NCBI RefSeq assembly: GCF_002113885.1
Contig: NW_018405052.1
Location: forward strand, 135,418-188,427
Origin: Mizuhopecten yessoensis
Taxonomy: Eukaryota
Reading direction: 5' to 3'
DNA length: 53,010 nucleotides
Shown: one piece after another, positions 37,343-53,010 of the stretch
Position numbering within the stretch: the first letter of the stretch is position 1
Layout of the letters: every line of letters starts with the position of its first letter
Notes under the pieces: generated by a model
Seen by the model: the letters and a program-made list of their open reading frames with translations, nothing else
The model's database searches: none
What the model was told of the DNA's origin: nothing
Made by a program: the position numbers and the translations under genes

Positions 37343-37851
37343 CCAGGTCGGGGAAAACCACTAAACTTACGTATAATACGCAAACTCGCCTTTTAAACAT
37401 TGCGGCAACTGCACTCATATCTATGAGATCTGCCGCAGTAAATGGAAGAAGAAGAAGAACGTTAATAGGGGTATGGATTTGTTACTAAAAATAGCCCAAA
37501 TCACTTTAATCTTAACTTTTTCATTTTTTTTTGTCCAAGTCGCATTTATTCATTCATGAAACATAATACCAATGCAAAAATAAACTTTATTTGCATGTGG
37601 GAAGTACCAAAAATAGATGCAATACTTCCGGTAAAGTTACATCAAATTTCCAAGTAGCCAACACTTTCAGTAAACATCTTTAGCAAAATGCTATTTACCC
37701 TGTTGTAAATTAATGCGATTTATAATAATATCTTGTAAAGGTTACTGTTAAAGCGATTTGGGATATTTTTAGTAACAAATCCATACTCCAACTGACGTAT
37801 AATAGGCGAGTTTGCTTATTATACGCAAGTTGGTGGTTTTTCCCCAACCTG
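37343..37851. mobile_element. MITE with long TIRs and TTAA flanks in the TMA16 5'UTR intron
   Basis: CAGGTCGGGGAAAACCAC..TATAATACGCAAACTCGCCT..GTATGGATTTGTTACTAAAAATA pairs with 37748-37851. TTAA at 37339-37342 and 37852-37855. Confidence 0.8.
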
Positions 37852-38906
37852 TTAACTGCTAACGGAATGCATTATTGAATATTGAATTCGATATAAAGTT
37901 TGGTGTGGCAGCCATATTGGAATGACCTTAAGAGGTTTTACACGGCAAGATTCTTTTGACAGGTGCCGCATTGCAGTCGGCAAAATCATATCGGAAAGAA
38001 AAAGGCCAACCAGTGGCCTCTTATATTATAGGAGTAGGTTTCGGGATACTTTCGGTTGATAATAAACCTATACACACCAGTAAATAAGAGCAACACTTTT
38101 TATGCGGTGCGTATTCACATTCTAAAACCTTATACAAATTGAGGCCTGACTACGAGGCAGAGGAGGGCGGGTACTAATATTAGTACTACGTGAACATGGG
38201 ACAGTAGACCATACAACCATATACACAGGTTAACATAAGTTATCTTAGTCCATGCTACAACAAATGCATATACACAATTGCTGGGTGACAAACCAGAATT
38301 GGCTTCAGGGTCTGCTGTAGTGCTGCATTTGGGAACTTAAGTCCCGGAGTACAAATTTAATATATAAAGAATACCAAGATTCCAAGTAAAATAGATCTAT
38401 ATACTTGCAGAGGATTTAAGGACAATCACAATTATGCTACCGTGATTAGCGCTACGGTCAGGCCCTGCCCCTGGAATTGAAAGAATCTATACCAAACTCA
38501 TCAACTCCAAAACTTACAAACAACATACACTAGTGACATGTAAGGACCTTCCTTAAAACTGATAATTCTATTTAAGGCACTTGCACATTTGAAAAATAAT
38601 TTAGATTGAAAATTGGATTAGTATTTTTCCTAATTGTTTTACTTTTTCTATTATCTGTGGAAATAGACTGTATAATTGCTATTGCATGATCATAGAAACA
38701 AATAGTATGCGAAATCCAGCAGATTAATTTGTACATGCTCTGCTTTTTTATGGAATATTGAAGAATCTTCTTCTTCATTCACTTGAAACCGAATATTATT
38801 ACAAAACAGTGTTGTACGGGTAAAAAACTTTAATATTAACATATAAATCCTTTATATTTCCCTTCAAGTATGTTTTCTTTTATGTATAGAAAGTTCCAAA
38901 AGAAAT

Positions 38907-39476
38907 ATGCCGAAAGCACCCAAAGCAAAAGTTGGACAGGACAAAAAACCAATTCATCCAAATAGCAGAAAAGCTCAGCAGCTGACAAGGAAAGCTTCTC
39001 GTGACCTGAGACTTGGAGAGAGGAACTTAAACACACAAAGAACTGAATTGCTGGCAGATCGGTTGATGTGGTTTCAGAAAAATGCAAATTTAGAAAAGAA
39101 ATGCTTGAAAAAATGTGAACTAGCTAGTCTAGGCAAGAAATATTTAACAAGATTTGAAGATGAACTAGATCAGATTGATATTATGCAAAAAATTGGAAAC
39201 CGACAGGGGAGACAGCATGCTTCTAGGGAGGCAGCAATATCACTGACAATGGAAAAGGAAAAAGAGGAGTTTGCATCCAATGGTTTAGAGTTACCCGATG
39301 TTATCAATGCTAAAAACTTTGATTATTTTAAACAGTGGAATGGAGAAATCAAATACCTGCAAAACATAAAATTAAAGAAGATAGCCTCTAAAGATTTAGA
39401 AGAAGAATGTGATGAAGTTTCAGAGAGTCAAGATACACAAATGGAATTTCATGACAGTGATGATTCAGATTTATAA
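38907..39476 (+). CDS. TMA16: Translation machinery-associated protein 16 (60S biogenesis factor), 189 aa, single coding exon
   Basis: Uninterrupted ORF MPKAPK...IHPNSRKAQQL...RLMWFQ...YLTRFEDEL...RQHASRE...GLELPD...W.G, characteristic of Tma16. A splice acceptor (tttatgtatag) lies at about 38888, just upstream of the ATG. Confidence 0.92.
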   Translation: MPKAPKAKVGQDKKPIHPNSRKAQQLTRKASRDLRLGERNLNTQRTELLADRLMWFQKNANLEKKCLKKCELASLGKKYLTRFEDELDQIDIMQKIGNRQGRQHASREAAISLTMEKEKEEFASNGLELPDVINAKNFDYFKQWNGEIKYLQNIKLKKIASKDLEEECDEVSESQDTQMEFHDSDDSDL

Positions 39477-40049
39477 AATACAAATGACTGATTTCCTCCC
39501 CAGTTGAGAAAATCAGTCATGAACCTCACCCAACAAGTTTTATCCATGCATTGTTTGTTCTGCAATTTTACTGATGTGTTATAATACCATATTTTATTAT
39601 ATAAAAAAATAGAGGCCCATTGTCATAAGATCCTGGGCTGTTCAAGTCAAGTTTTGTTAGTGTATCTGTTAGTTTTGCATGATTAAGCTGTTTGGCTGTT
39701 TGGTAAGTACTGCAGTATAAGTGAAGAACTGACCAATTTTGTGTCAACAAGAAAATAACGAAAAGATAAATTTTTAATACAAAAACGTTTTCTCAATTTC
39801 TAGTTTACCTGGTGAATTTCATTTGAATTGATTTTTTCATTTCTTCTACCGTATATACACTATATTCAATGATAGGGACAAAGCTTCTTGGTTCTCATAA
39901 TTTTTATTTAACTAATTGAATGGTGGCCTTAAGGAAGGCTTTCTTGTGGATGAAAGAATTACAGTAAAATACTTTGTCGTGGCAATAAGAACATTTTTAC
40001 CAAGTTTAGTTACATTTACCTAGTAGAACTTCAGGAATAAGTAAAAGAT

Positions 40050-43000
40050 GCCTTGAGGTAAGAGACCAAAAATATGTCCAAAATACCAGAGGCAGCCCTT
40101 TCGTATTGTTACTTGACCTCTGTTTATCAAGTCATGTAAACAGTAAATGCGCCTTGAGGTAACTTTTTATCTAAACTTCATACTGCTGTGTATAAAAGAC
40201 AACCTTTAAAGTGAATTTGTCATTTCACATATTTTACTAGTACACTACTTGATGTAAAAGAAATAAAACTGATCATTGCAATATGAGAAAGACCTGTTTC
40301 TGGGAAATAGCTACGATATTCTTGAAATGTCAAAATCAAAGATGACTGTCAGTGGCCATCTTGTATTTCTCAATCAAATAATACATGCACACTACTCATG
40401 GACCAAGGAGACCCTTCACATGAAATTTGAGAAATATCTGTGAATCGCTCTCTCAAAATTAAACATGCACAACAACAGATCAATTGGAACTTACCGTACA
40501 TATCAAGTTTGAGAAAGATCTCTTAAGCAATTTCTGAGAAATAGCGATAACAAACTTTCACTGTTATTAGATCAGTCTCTAAAGTAAACATGCACATCTT
40601 CGGACCAAGGGGAACTTGCATATGAAATTTGAGAAATAGCGATAACCAACATTCACCGTCAAAATCCAAGACAGCCATTTTATTTATCCAATCAATCTTA
40701 AAAGTAACATGCACAACTAAGAACCAAGGGGAATCTACATTTTGAGAGAAAGATCCCTCCAGTAATTTTGGAGAATTAGCAAAAATAAGTATTGGTTTAA
40801 GAACCCATACAAGCTGATTTTACTTTTGAATCAACCTCTTCCTGATCGAACCACTGGTTAGATTTCTACCAATCTTTGGTCTGTATTATCAATTAACCAA
40901 GGGGACTTCATTCCAGATGTTATTTTTGTAAATAATAGTAGTAAAAACCAAGAATGAGAATTTTATGTTGTATATTAGACATTATTAGAGTCTCTCCAAT
41001 GGTTACCTGCATGTCGCACGTTATTCAAGGGAGATAACAGGGCAATGGTCATGCATGCTGCTTTGGTTTAGAACATCGTTCCTATTTCCACATTTTGGAT
41101 TATTAAACCGATACATTTTATATCCATTTCGATGACTTTCAGCCGACTCTTAACATTAATTTGGGAGATAAATTACCTCTTCCTTAAAATTAAGTACATG
41201 TATAGGCAGAATGGCTTTCTTTTATTCACATATTCCCAAATTTTTCAATTTTAAATAGCTTTTGTTGTTAAAAAATTAATACAGCCCAAGGAATATTGCA
41301 TTTGGCACTATTTTATACAAATCTCTTAGGTTCTCTTAACCCTTGGAATAGCTTTTCAAAATGGCAGTCATGAAAGCATGCAGGGCAACTTTTGAGACTG
41401 ATTGGATAAACAACATGGCCGACAGGCAGCCATCTTGGATTTCGATAGCGAGTTTGTTATCGCTATTTCTCCTGAAGAACTAGAGGGATCTTTCTCAAAT
41501 TTTATATGTGGGTTCCCCTTGGTCCTTAGCTGTGCTGGGCAACTTTTGAGTCTGATTGCATAAACAACATGTCCGACAAGCAGCCATCTTGGATTTTGTT
41601 AGTGCAAGTTTGTTATCGCTCTTTCTCAAGAACCAGAGGGATCTTTCTCAAATTTTATATGTAGGTTCCCCTTGGTCCTTGGCTGTGCAGGGCAACTTCT
41701 TTCGAGTCTGCTCGGATATAAACATGGCCGACAGGCAGCCATCTTGGATTTTGATATTGAAGGTTTGTTATCGGCATTTCTCAAGAACCAGAGGGATCTT
41801 TCTCAAATTTTATATGTAGGTTCCCCTTGGTCCTTAGCTGTGCAGCGCAACTTTTGAGTCTGATCGGATAAACAACATGGCCGACAGGCAGCCATCTTGG
41901 ATTTTGATAGTGCCAAGTTTGTTATCGCTCTATCTCAAATTTTATATGTAGGTTCCCCTTGGTCCGTAGCTGTGCAGGGATTTTTTTGAGACTGATCAGA
42001 TAAACAACATGGCCGACAAGCAGCCATTTTGGATTTTGATAGTGAAAGTTTATTATCACTATTTCTTGGGAAGTACGCGAGGGATCTTTCTCAAATTTTA
42101 GATGTAGGTTCCCCTTGATCCCTCATTGTGCATGTTGAATTTTGAGACTGATCATAAAAACAAAATGGATTAAAAACTAAACAGATCTTTCTCATATTGC
42201 AATGATCGATTCTATTTCTTTTACATTAAGTACTGTACTAGTAAATATGTGAAATGACAAACTCACTTTGAAGGTTGGCTTTCATACACATCAGTATTAA
42301 GTTCAGATCAAAAGTTACCTCAAGGTGCATTTACTGTTAACATGACTCGATCAAACAGATTAGAGGAAAGAAGATAAAAGATCCAACTGACAAAGAACTA
42401 ATTAAGATGGTACAAAGGTGGGCGCCAAGATCCCTCTGGGACCTCTTGTTTCCCCATTTCATACAATAATTTGTAGTCCAGTGTTCAAATCCCTGTCTAG
42501 CCTTGTGGTATGTTTTTAGCCCACCATCATCGGATGGTGGGCCATTCAACTCACCCTGCCTCTGTGGTCCGTCCTTAAACCAATTCTTGTTATTGTTATT
42601 TCTCAAGTACAAGAGGGATCTTTTTCAAATTTTATATGTAGGTTCCCCTTGGACTCTTGTTGTGCAGGGCAACTTTGACCGATCGGATAAACATCATGGA
42701 TGTTTGCTATCGCTATTTCTCCAGAGGTACTGGAGAGATCCATCTTCAATTATATATGTAGGTTCTCCTTGGTCTGTAGTCGAGCATGGTTAATTTTGAG
42801 ACTGATCGGATGTAGAAAATGGCCGATAGGCCACCATTTTGGATTGCAACATTAAAGGATTTCTATCACCATTTCTCATGAGGAACCTTTCCCAAATTTG
42901 TTTTGTTGGCATCCCTAGGACTTAAGTTGTGCACGTTAAATTCCGAGAATGATCGGATGAACAATTCTCAGGAATAACTGGAGGAACCTTTCCAAAGTTT

Positions 43001-45305
43001 GTTATGTAGGCATCCCTAGGTACAGCTGTAGTTGTGCATAAACAAAATGACTGACAGGCCACCATCTTGGATTGTGACATTAAAGAAACTTGAGGGATCT
43101 TTCCCAAGTTTGTTATGTAGGCTTCCCCAAGTCTGTAATTGTGCACGTTTAATTCCAAGAATGATCAGATAAACAAAATGGCCAACAGGCAGCCATCTTT
43201 GATTTTGACATTGAAGGTTTGTTATCTCTCTATCTCAAATTTAATATGCAGGACTTCCTTGGTCCCTTGTAGTGCAGGTTAACTTTCGAGACTGATCACA
43301 TAAACAAAATGGCCGGTAGGCAGTCATCTTTGTTTTTGACAGTGAAGGTTTGTTATGGCAATTACTCGGGAAGTACTGGAAAGATCTTTTTTTACATATT
43401 TCATGTAGGTTCCCCCTGGTATGAAGTTATGCATATTTTCGTACGAGACTGATCGGATGAACAAATCTTTGATTTTGACAGTTAAGGTTTGTGGAGTTTT
43501 TTCTCAAATTCTATATGCAGGTTCCCCACTATCCTTTATTGTTAGTGTTTACTTTTGAAACTGATCAGATAAACAAAATGGCCGACCTACAGCTATCTTT
43601 GATATTTTAAATTGAAGGTTTGTTAGTACTATTTCACAGGAATAACTTTGAGGGATCTGTATCAAATTTGATATGTAGGTTCCCCTTGATCCCTCATTGT
43701 GCAGGTTATATTTTGAGATTTATCATAAAAACAAAATGGCTGAAGGTAGAACTAAACAGATCTTTCTTATATTGAAATGATTGATCCTATTCATTTTACA
43801 TTATACATTTTACATTATACAGCAGTCATGTTTACAGTAATTACACCGAGAGGTAAATTTTGATTTAAACTTTATACTGCTGTGTATAAAAGACAACCTT
43901 CAATGCGAGTCAATCGTTTCACATATTTTCTAGTACAGTACTTAATGGTTAAGAAAAATTATTGCAATTTGCGAAAGATCTGCGACATTCGTCGTCCATC
44001 TTGTTTTTATGATCACTCTCAAAAATAAACATGCAAAGCTTAGGATCAAGGAGAACCTACATATGAAATTTGCGAAAGATCAAAGTACTTCCCGAAAAAT
44101 CACACTTAGAAACCCTTCAATGTCAAAATCCAAAATAAAACATTCATAACAAGCATTCTGTGTGTATTGATGAATCAATACATGTCCCCTACCGGCCCCC
44201 CCAAACTTAAACCTTCAGATTTTGGCCAAGATAGTTATGTCCAAATCATGTCAAAAATCAAAACGAGAATTATTTATCCACTTCACTAAACAACATTAAT
44301 GCTAGACCCCTAAAGAACCTTTGTCCATAAAATTAGCATCCTAACAATATTATAAAGTTAACGGTGAGCCATTACAAAACTTTTACCCCAACTTTAGGCC
44401 AGGATAGTTAAAAGTCCAAAGCATGTCAAAAATTCCCCAAAAAAATAAAAAATATTTTCTATTTTCAATCCACAGCATTAATGCTAGATCCCTAAAAAAC
44501 CTCTGTACATAAAATCAGCATCCTAACACTTATTAAGTGAACAGCGAGCCATTACTAAACTTTAGGCCAGGATAGTTTAAAGTCCAAAACATGTCAATAA
44601 TTCCCAAAAAATAAAATTCTTTTCCATTTTCAATCCACAGCATTAATGCTAGACCCCTTAAGAACCTCTATGCTAAGAATCAGCAAACTAGCATTATTAT
44701 TAAGCAAATGGTAAGCCATTACAAAACTTTAACCCAAACCTGCAGATTTTGGCAACAGACGGACGCAGACAAAACCTATAGTCCCCCCGGTTTCACCGGT
44801 AGGGAACTAATAAAGGACCATAGGAAACCTAAATATCCAATCCAAGAAAGTTCCTGCGAGGCGAAGCAGAGGGTGACAATGGGTTTTTGAGGGTTGACAA
44901 TATTCACGGTCACCTGCTAATGTATGTCATATCTATTTTGTTACACCAAAGGTCTTTGTAGCTCAGAAACGGCAGCAAACCTCGATAATGACATCTTGTT
45001 CTTTGATAGTCTGCCGTTTACAATCGCTATCGCACCGGCGCTTGATAAAATTGTCCGTTGCCGTCAAATGTCTTGTGAAGCGGTAAACGCACATTTTTCG
45101 CACGTGATATTTTTCAGTCTCATGGTAATATCACCCGCGCCCCTTAAAACTAATGTATTTTCAGAGGGTGACAGAGATTTTTGTTCAATTTTCTCCCAAC
45201 CAATCAAATAGCTAGAAATTCACTTGAGGTGTAACAACAAGAATTGTTTAAGGACGGACCACGGGTGATTTGAATAGCCCCCCAATTGGATGATGGTGGC
45301 TAAAA
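40050..45305. repeat. Cluster of one HINE-type family (~155 bp AACATGGCCGACAGGCAGCCATCTTGG units) in both orientations, with nested insertions
   Basis: Units at about 41411, 41566, 41721, 41874 and 42006, and across 42600-43750. A ~170 bp block occurs at 40132-40300 (+), 42176-42345 (-) and 43825-43985 (+). Matching termini at about 42512 and 45240-45305. Confidence 0.85.
44147..44812 (-). mobile_element. HINE-type element with ~175 bp array
   Basis: Sub-terminal inverted motifs GTCCCCTACCGG / CCGGTAGGGAAC, a CAGACGGACG microsatellite remnant, and CATTAATGCTAGA at about 44294, 44476 and 44641. Confidence 0.75.
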
Positions 45306-45935
45306 AGATGACAAAACCCAGAGAGCCTATATTGCTCACTTGGAAGTTGATGCCCAGCAATGGTATAAATAGCTATGGAATAGGTATCTCGACCATTTCA
45401 GAGTTATGATGCAAGATTCAAGTCCCCAGGGGTGTGGTCAGACTCCAGAGTCCGTTTTTGCACCATGATTGTGTTTGCTTCTTGTTGCTCAACAATTGTA
45501 TACATAGTAATAGGGTGGGAATCTTGATCATGTCACAATTGTTACAATTTTGAAACTTCACCATGTGCACCAAAAACACTTTCCAATACTGTAATTTTGG
45601 CAGTTGTACAGGTATCATTAAGCTTGACAATAGGAGTTAACTACCTAATTAGTCAACACATTGATAAATACAAGGAAAAACACTTGTAACCAAGACCTTG
45701 CTTCTTTTTATTTCATTAGTACCTTTTAATGTTGCAATTCCTCAATTCAAAGATTACAGCCAAGATGCTTGTAGATGGTGATGCGTACAAGAGCTCATCA
45801 AAGCTGGCTGTGATATGAATCATTTACACACATCAAAACCACTTTGACGACTCCAGCATCATCAAATCTCTCCGAACATCTTCTTCCTTGAAAACAAATA
45901 TAACAGAAAACAAAATGCTTTCGATATAATACATA

Positions 45936-45941
45936 TTTATT
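45936..45941 (-). terminator. Probable PCNA polyadenylation signal
   Basis: AATAAA on the minus strand about 375 nt after the stop, followed by U/GU-rich sequence (TTTTGTTTTCTGTT). Confidence 0.5.
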
Positions 45942-46313
45942 TATTAATTTCACTTGTTAATACACTAAACAAGTACAATGAGTCTAGACTGGCAACAACG
46001 AACAACAAAATTACAAGTCAAAATTCCAACACTACAAATCAGATGAAACCTTCGCAGTGTTTATAGTTTATGATGCAACAATGTAATATGTGCAACAATA
46101 ACATTGTTGCACATTCACCATCCCATTACTTAGCTAGAAAGTTCATCAACGAGATGTCTTCACAAACTATCACAACAGAATATTTTTTTTGCTTTCATGA
46201 TTGTATCCAGTTGTTTTTTTATACTATTCAATATAAATAGAAAATGCAGTAGTTCAAAATTTTGTCCAAATTCCCCCCAACACAAAAATAATCACAGTCC
46301 TTTTCCGTTCCAT

Positions 46314-51495
<5,182 letters not shown>

Positions 51496-51648
51496 TTAAG
51501 CACTTACAATTTAAAAATATATTAACACAATATTTAGTTGTGCAATATTGAAGTTATCTGTCGGTGTTAAAAGCGATGACACGGATTAGACTTTCAACCT
51601 TTCCCTCTCCGTGCCCTGCTTCTTTTCTGTGCCGTGAAATAAACTAAC

Positions 51649-51675
51649 TGGCGCCAAACTGATAATGGCGGGAAA
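51649..51675 (-). promoter_or_regulatory. Paired E2F sites in the PCNA promoter
   Basis: TTTGGCGCCA (51658-51649) and TTTCCCGCCA (51675-51666) on the minus strand. PCNA is a classic E2F target. Confidence 0.75.
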
Positions 51676-51880
51676 TTGCTCGTTCAGCATAATTGGAAGC
51701 CATGATCACATGACAACGTTTGGGATTATAGCGAGACTTGGTGTTAGTCACCAGAATGTTTTACAGGAAAGCGATTTCAACATAGATGTAAACAAAAATT
51801 GACAGGTCAAGTTGAAGGTATTTTGTAGTTCATTTTAAGAACTTAATGATACACCAATGCATATTATTGTAGAATGTAAC

Positions 51881-52197
51881 TTATATCAGGGAGAGAAGAT
51901 AGTAGGAAAGTTGCGTTATTAGAATCGCTATGATCAGCATGATCACTTTGCCGAAGGTCCGGGGAGAGGGTGGAAAACCAACATTTCCCCCTGGCCCCTG
52001 GTAATTTTACTGTACTTTATGTATGTTGGGAACTGTCCCGGTGTATATAAAGTAATTCATATCAGGGAGAGAAGATAGTAGGAAAGTTGCATTATTAGAA
52101 TCGTTATTATCAGCATGATTATTGATAACTTTGTCGAAGGTCCGGAGAGAGGGTGGAAAAGCAATAATTCCCCCCTGGCCCCTGATAATTTTACTGT
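51881..52197. repeat. ~176 bp tandem duplication upstream of PCNA
   Basis: ATATCAGGG(G)AGAGAAGATAGTAGGAAAGTTGC...CCCCTGGCCCCTG.TAATTTTACTGTA at about 51883 and 52059. Confidence 0.88.
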
Positions 52198-52476
52198 AGT
52201 TGTATAGAGAGTAATACGAGGCATGTTAGTGTTTAAATAACCACTTAGTAAAAATGCCCCCAATATAATGGTTTATATAATTGAAGCACAGGGTTTTGTT
52301 ACAAATGTGTACCAACACATGGGTCACAGCACACCAGTCACCTAACTTGTATGTTTTTGTGTGCTGTGACACTTAGTAACATTATTGTAATATACACAGA
52401 GACATATTATTCTACAAACTGACTTTATATGTCTCTGGTAAACATATATGTAACAGCTAGGAAAAGGATATGCAAT

Positions 52477-52550
52477 GGCCAGACCGTGGTTCGAACCTGG
52501 GAGTCCCTCCAAACTTTAGATGGACGCTCTACCAATTGAGCTATCTGGTC
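52477..52550 (-). pseudogene. tRNA-like sequence (degenerate tRNA or tRNA-derived repeat)
   Basis: Minus strand reads GACCAGA TAGCTCAATTGGTAGAGC G TCCAT CTAAAGT TTGGA ... GGTTCGAACC .. TCTGGCC. A and B boxes are intact; the acceptor, anticodon and T stems carry mismatches. Confidence 0.65.
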
Positions 52551-52954
52551 GTTGATGATTGACCCAGTTCAGTTCTGCTACACATACTTTCCAACGTAAC
52601 TCTCCCTATTTAGGGGATGACTTTCAATTATGGACTTCTTCTTTTTTATCTAATTTCAATCTAATTATTTCATCTGAAAGAACAACTCAAAATATGTCAT
52701 ATGAAGGGTTATTTTGTCTCTATGGGATATTATATACACACCTATTCAGGTTTTAATTTTGTGCATGCAGACATTTTGAAAAGTTGGCAAGTATGAGTAT
52801 AGCAGATGTGTGTTAAGACTTTTTGAAATGCTCTTGATGTCGAAGAATAGACCCCATACAGAGAAGTCCACCTCACTTTCTCGCAACAACATTTTCTTAT
52901 CTGGTGGATGTATTGATACATTCACATTACATCATACAGGAACTCTCTCCCAAT

Positions 52955-53010
52955 ATTTAGCTCACCTGGCACAAAGTGCCAAGTGAGCTTATGCCGTGGT
53001 GCGGCATCCG
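52955..53010 (+). mobile_element. 5' end of another HINE, running off the window
   Basis: TTTAGCTCACCTGGCACAAAGTGCCAAGTGAGCTTATGCC. Confidence 0.8.

Noticed and set aside
44860-45237. Segment with TTGTTACACC / GGTGTAACAA inverted motifs as a defined transposon
   Set aside because: Probably a repeat fragment, but its boundaries and family cannot be supported from this window.

Overview
AT-rich, intron-containing animal genomic DNA from a draft assembly (gaps at 562-1054 and 4173-4262). The repeat landscape suggests a pteriomorph bivalve such as an oyster or pearl oyster; this is an inference. I rebuilt five housekeeping genes by hand from splice signals and reading frames: the 5' end of CLUAP1/IFT38 (-), a cytosolic-type SHMT (+, 7 coding exons, 469 aa), MRPL12 (-, 5 exons, 186 aa), TMA16 (+, intronless CDS, 189 aa) and PCNA (-, 6 exons, 261 aa). 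MRPL12/TMA16, and probably CLUAP1/SHMT, are head-to-head pairs. Non-coding space is dominated by non-autonomous Helentron-type (HINE/Pearl-like) elements carrying internal ~120-180 bp tandem arrays, often nested in one another. It also holds two decayed Tc1/mariner transposons, several fold-back MITEs, a tRNA-derived V-type SINE and a tRNA-like repeat. I found no clearly new multi-gene system. The best leads are a candidate distal SHMT first exon that could give either a uORF or an N-terminal extension, a dispersed AAGGGAGATAAC motif, copy-number-variable nucleosome-length arrays in HINEs, stacked fold-backs in PCNA intron 2, perfect 3'UTR hairpins, and the clustering of Myc/E2F-type growth genes.
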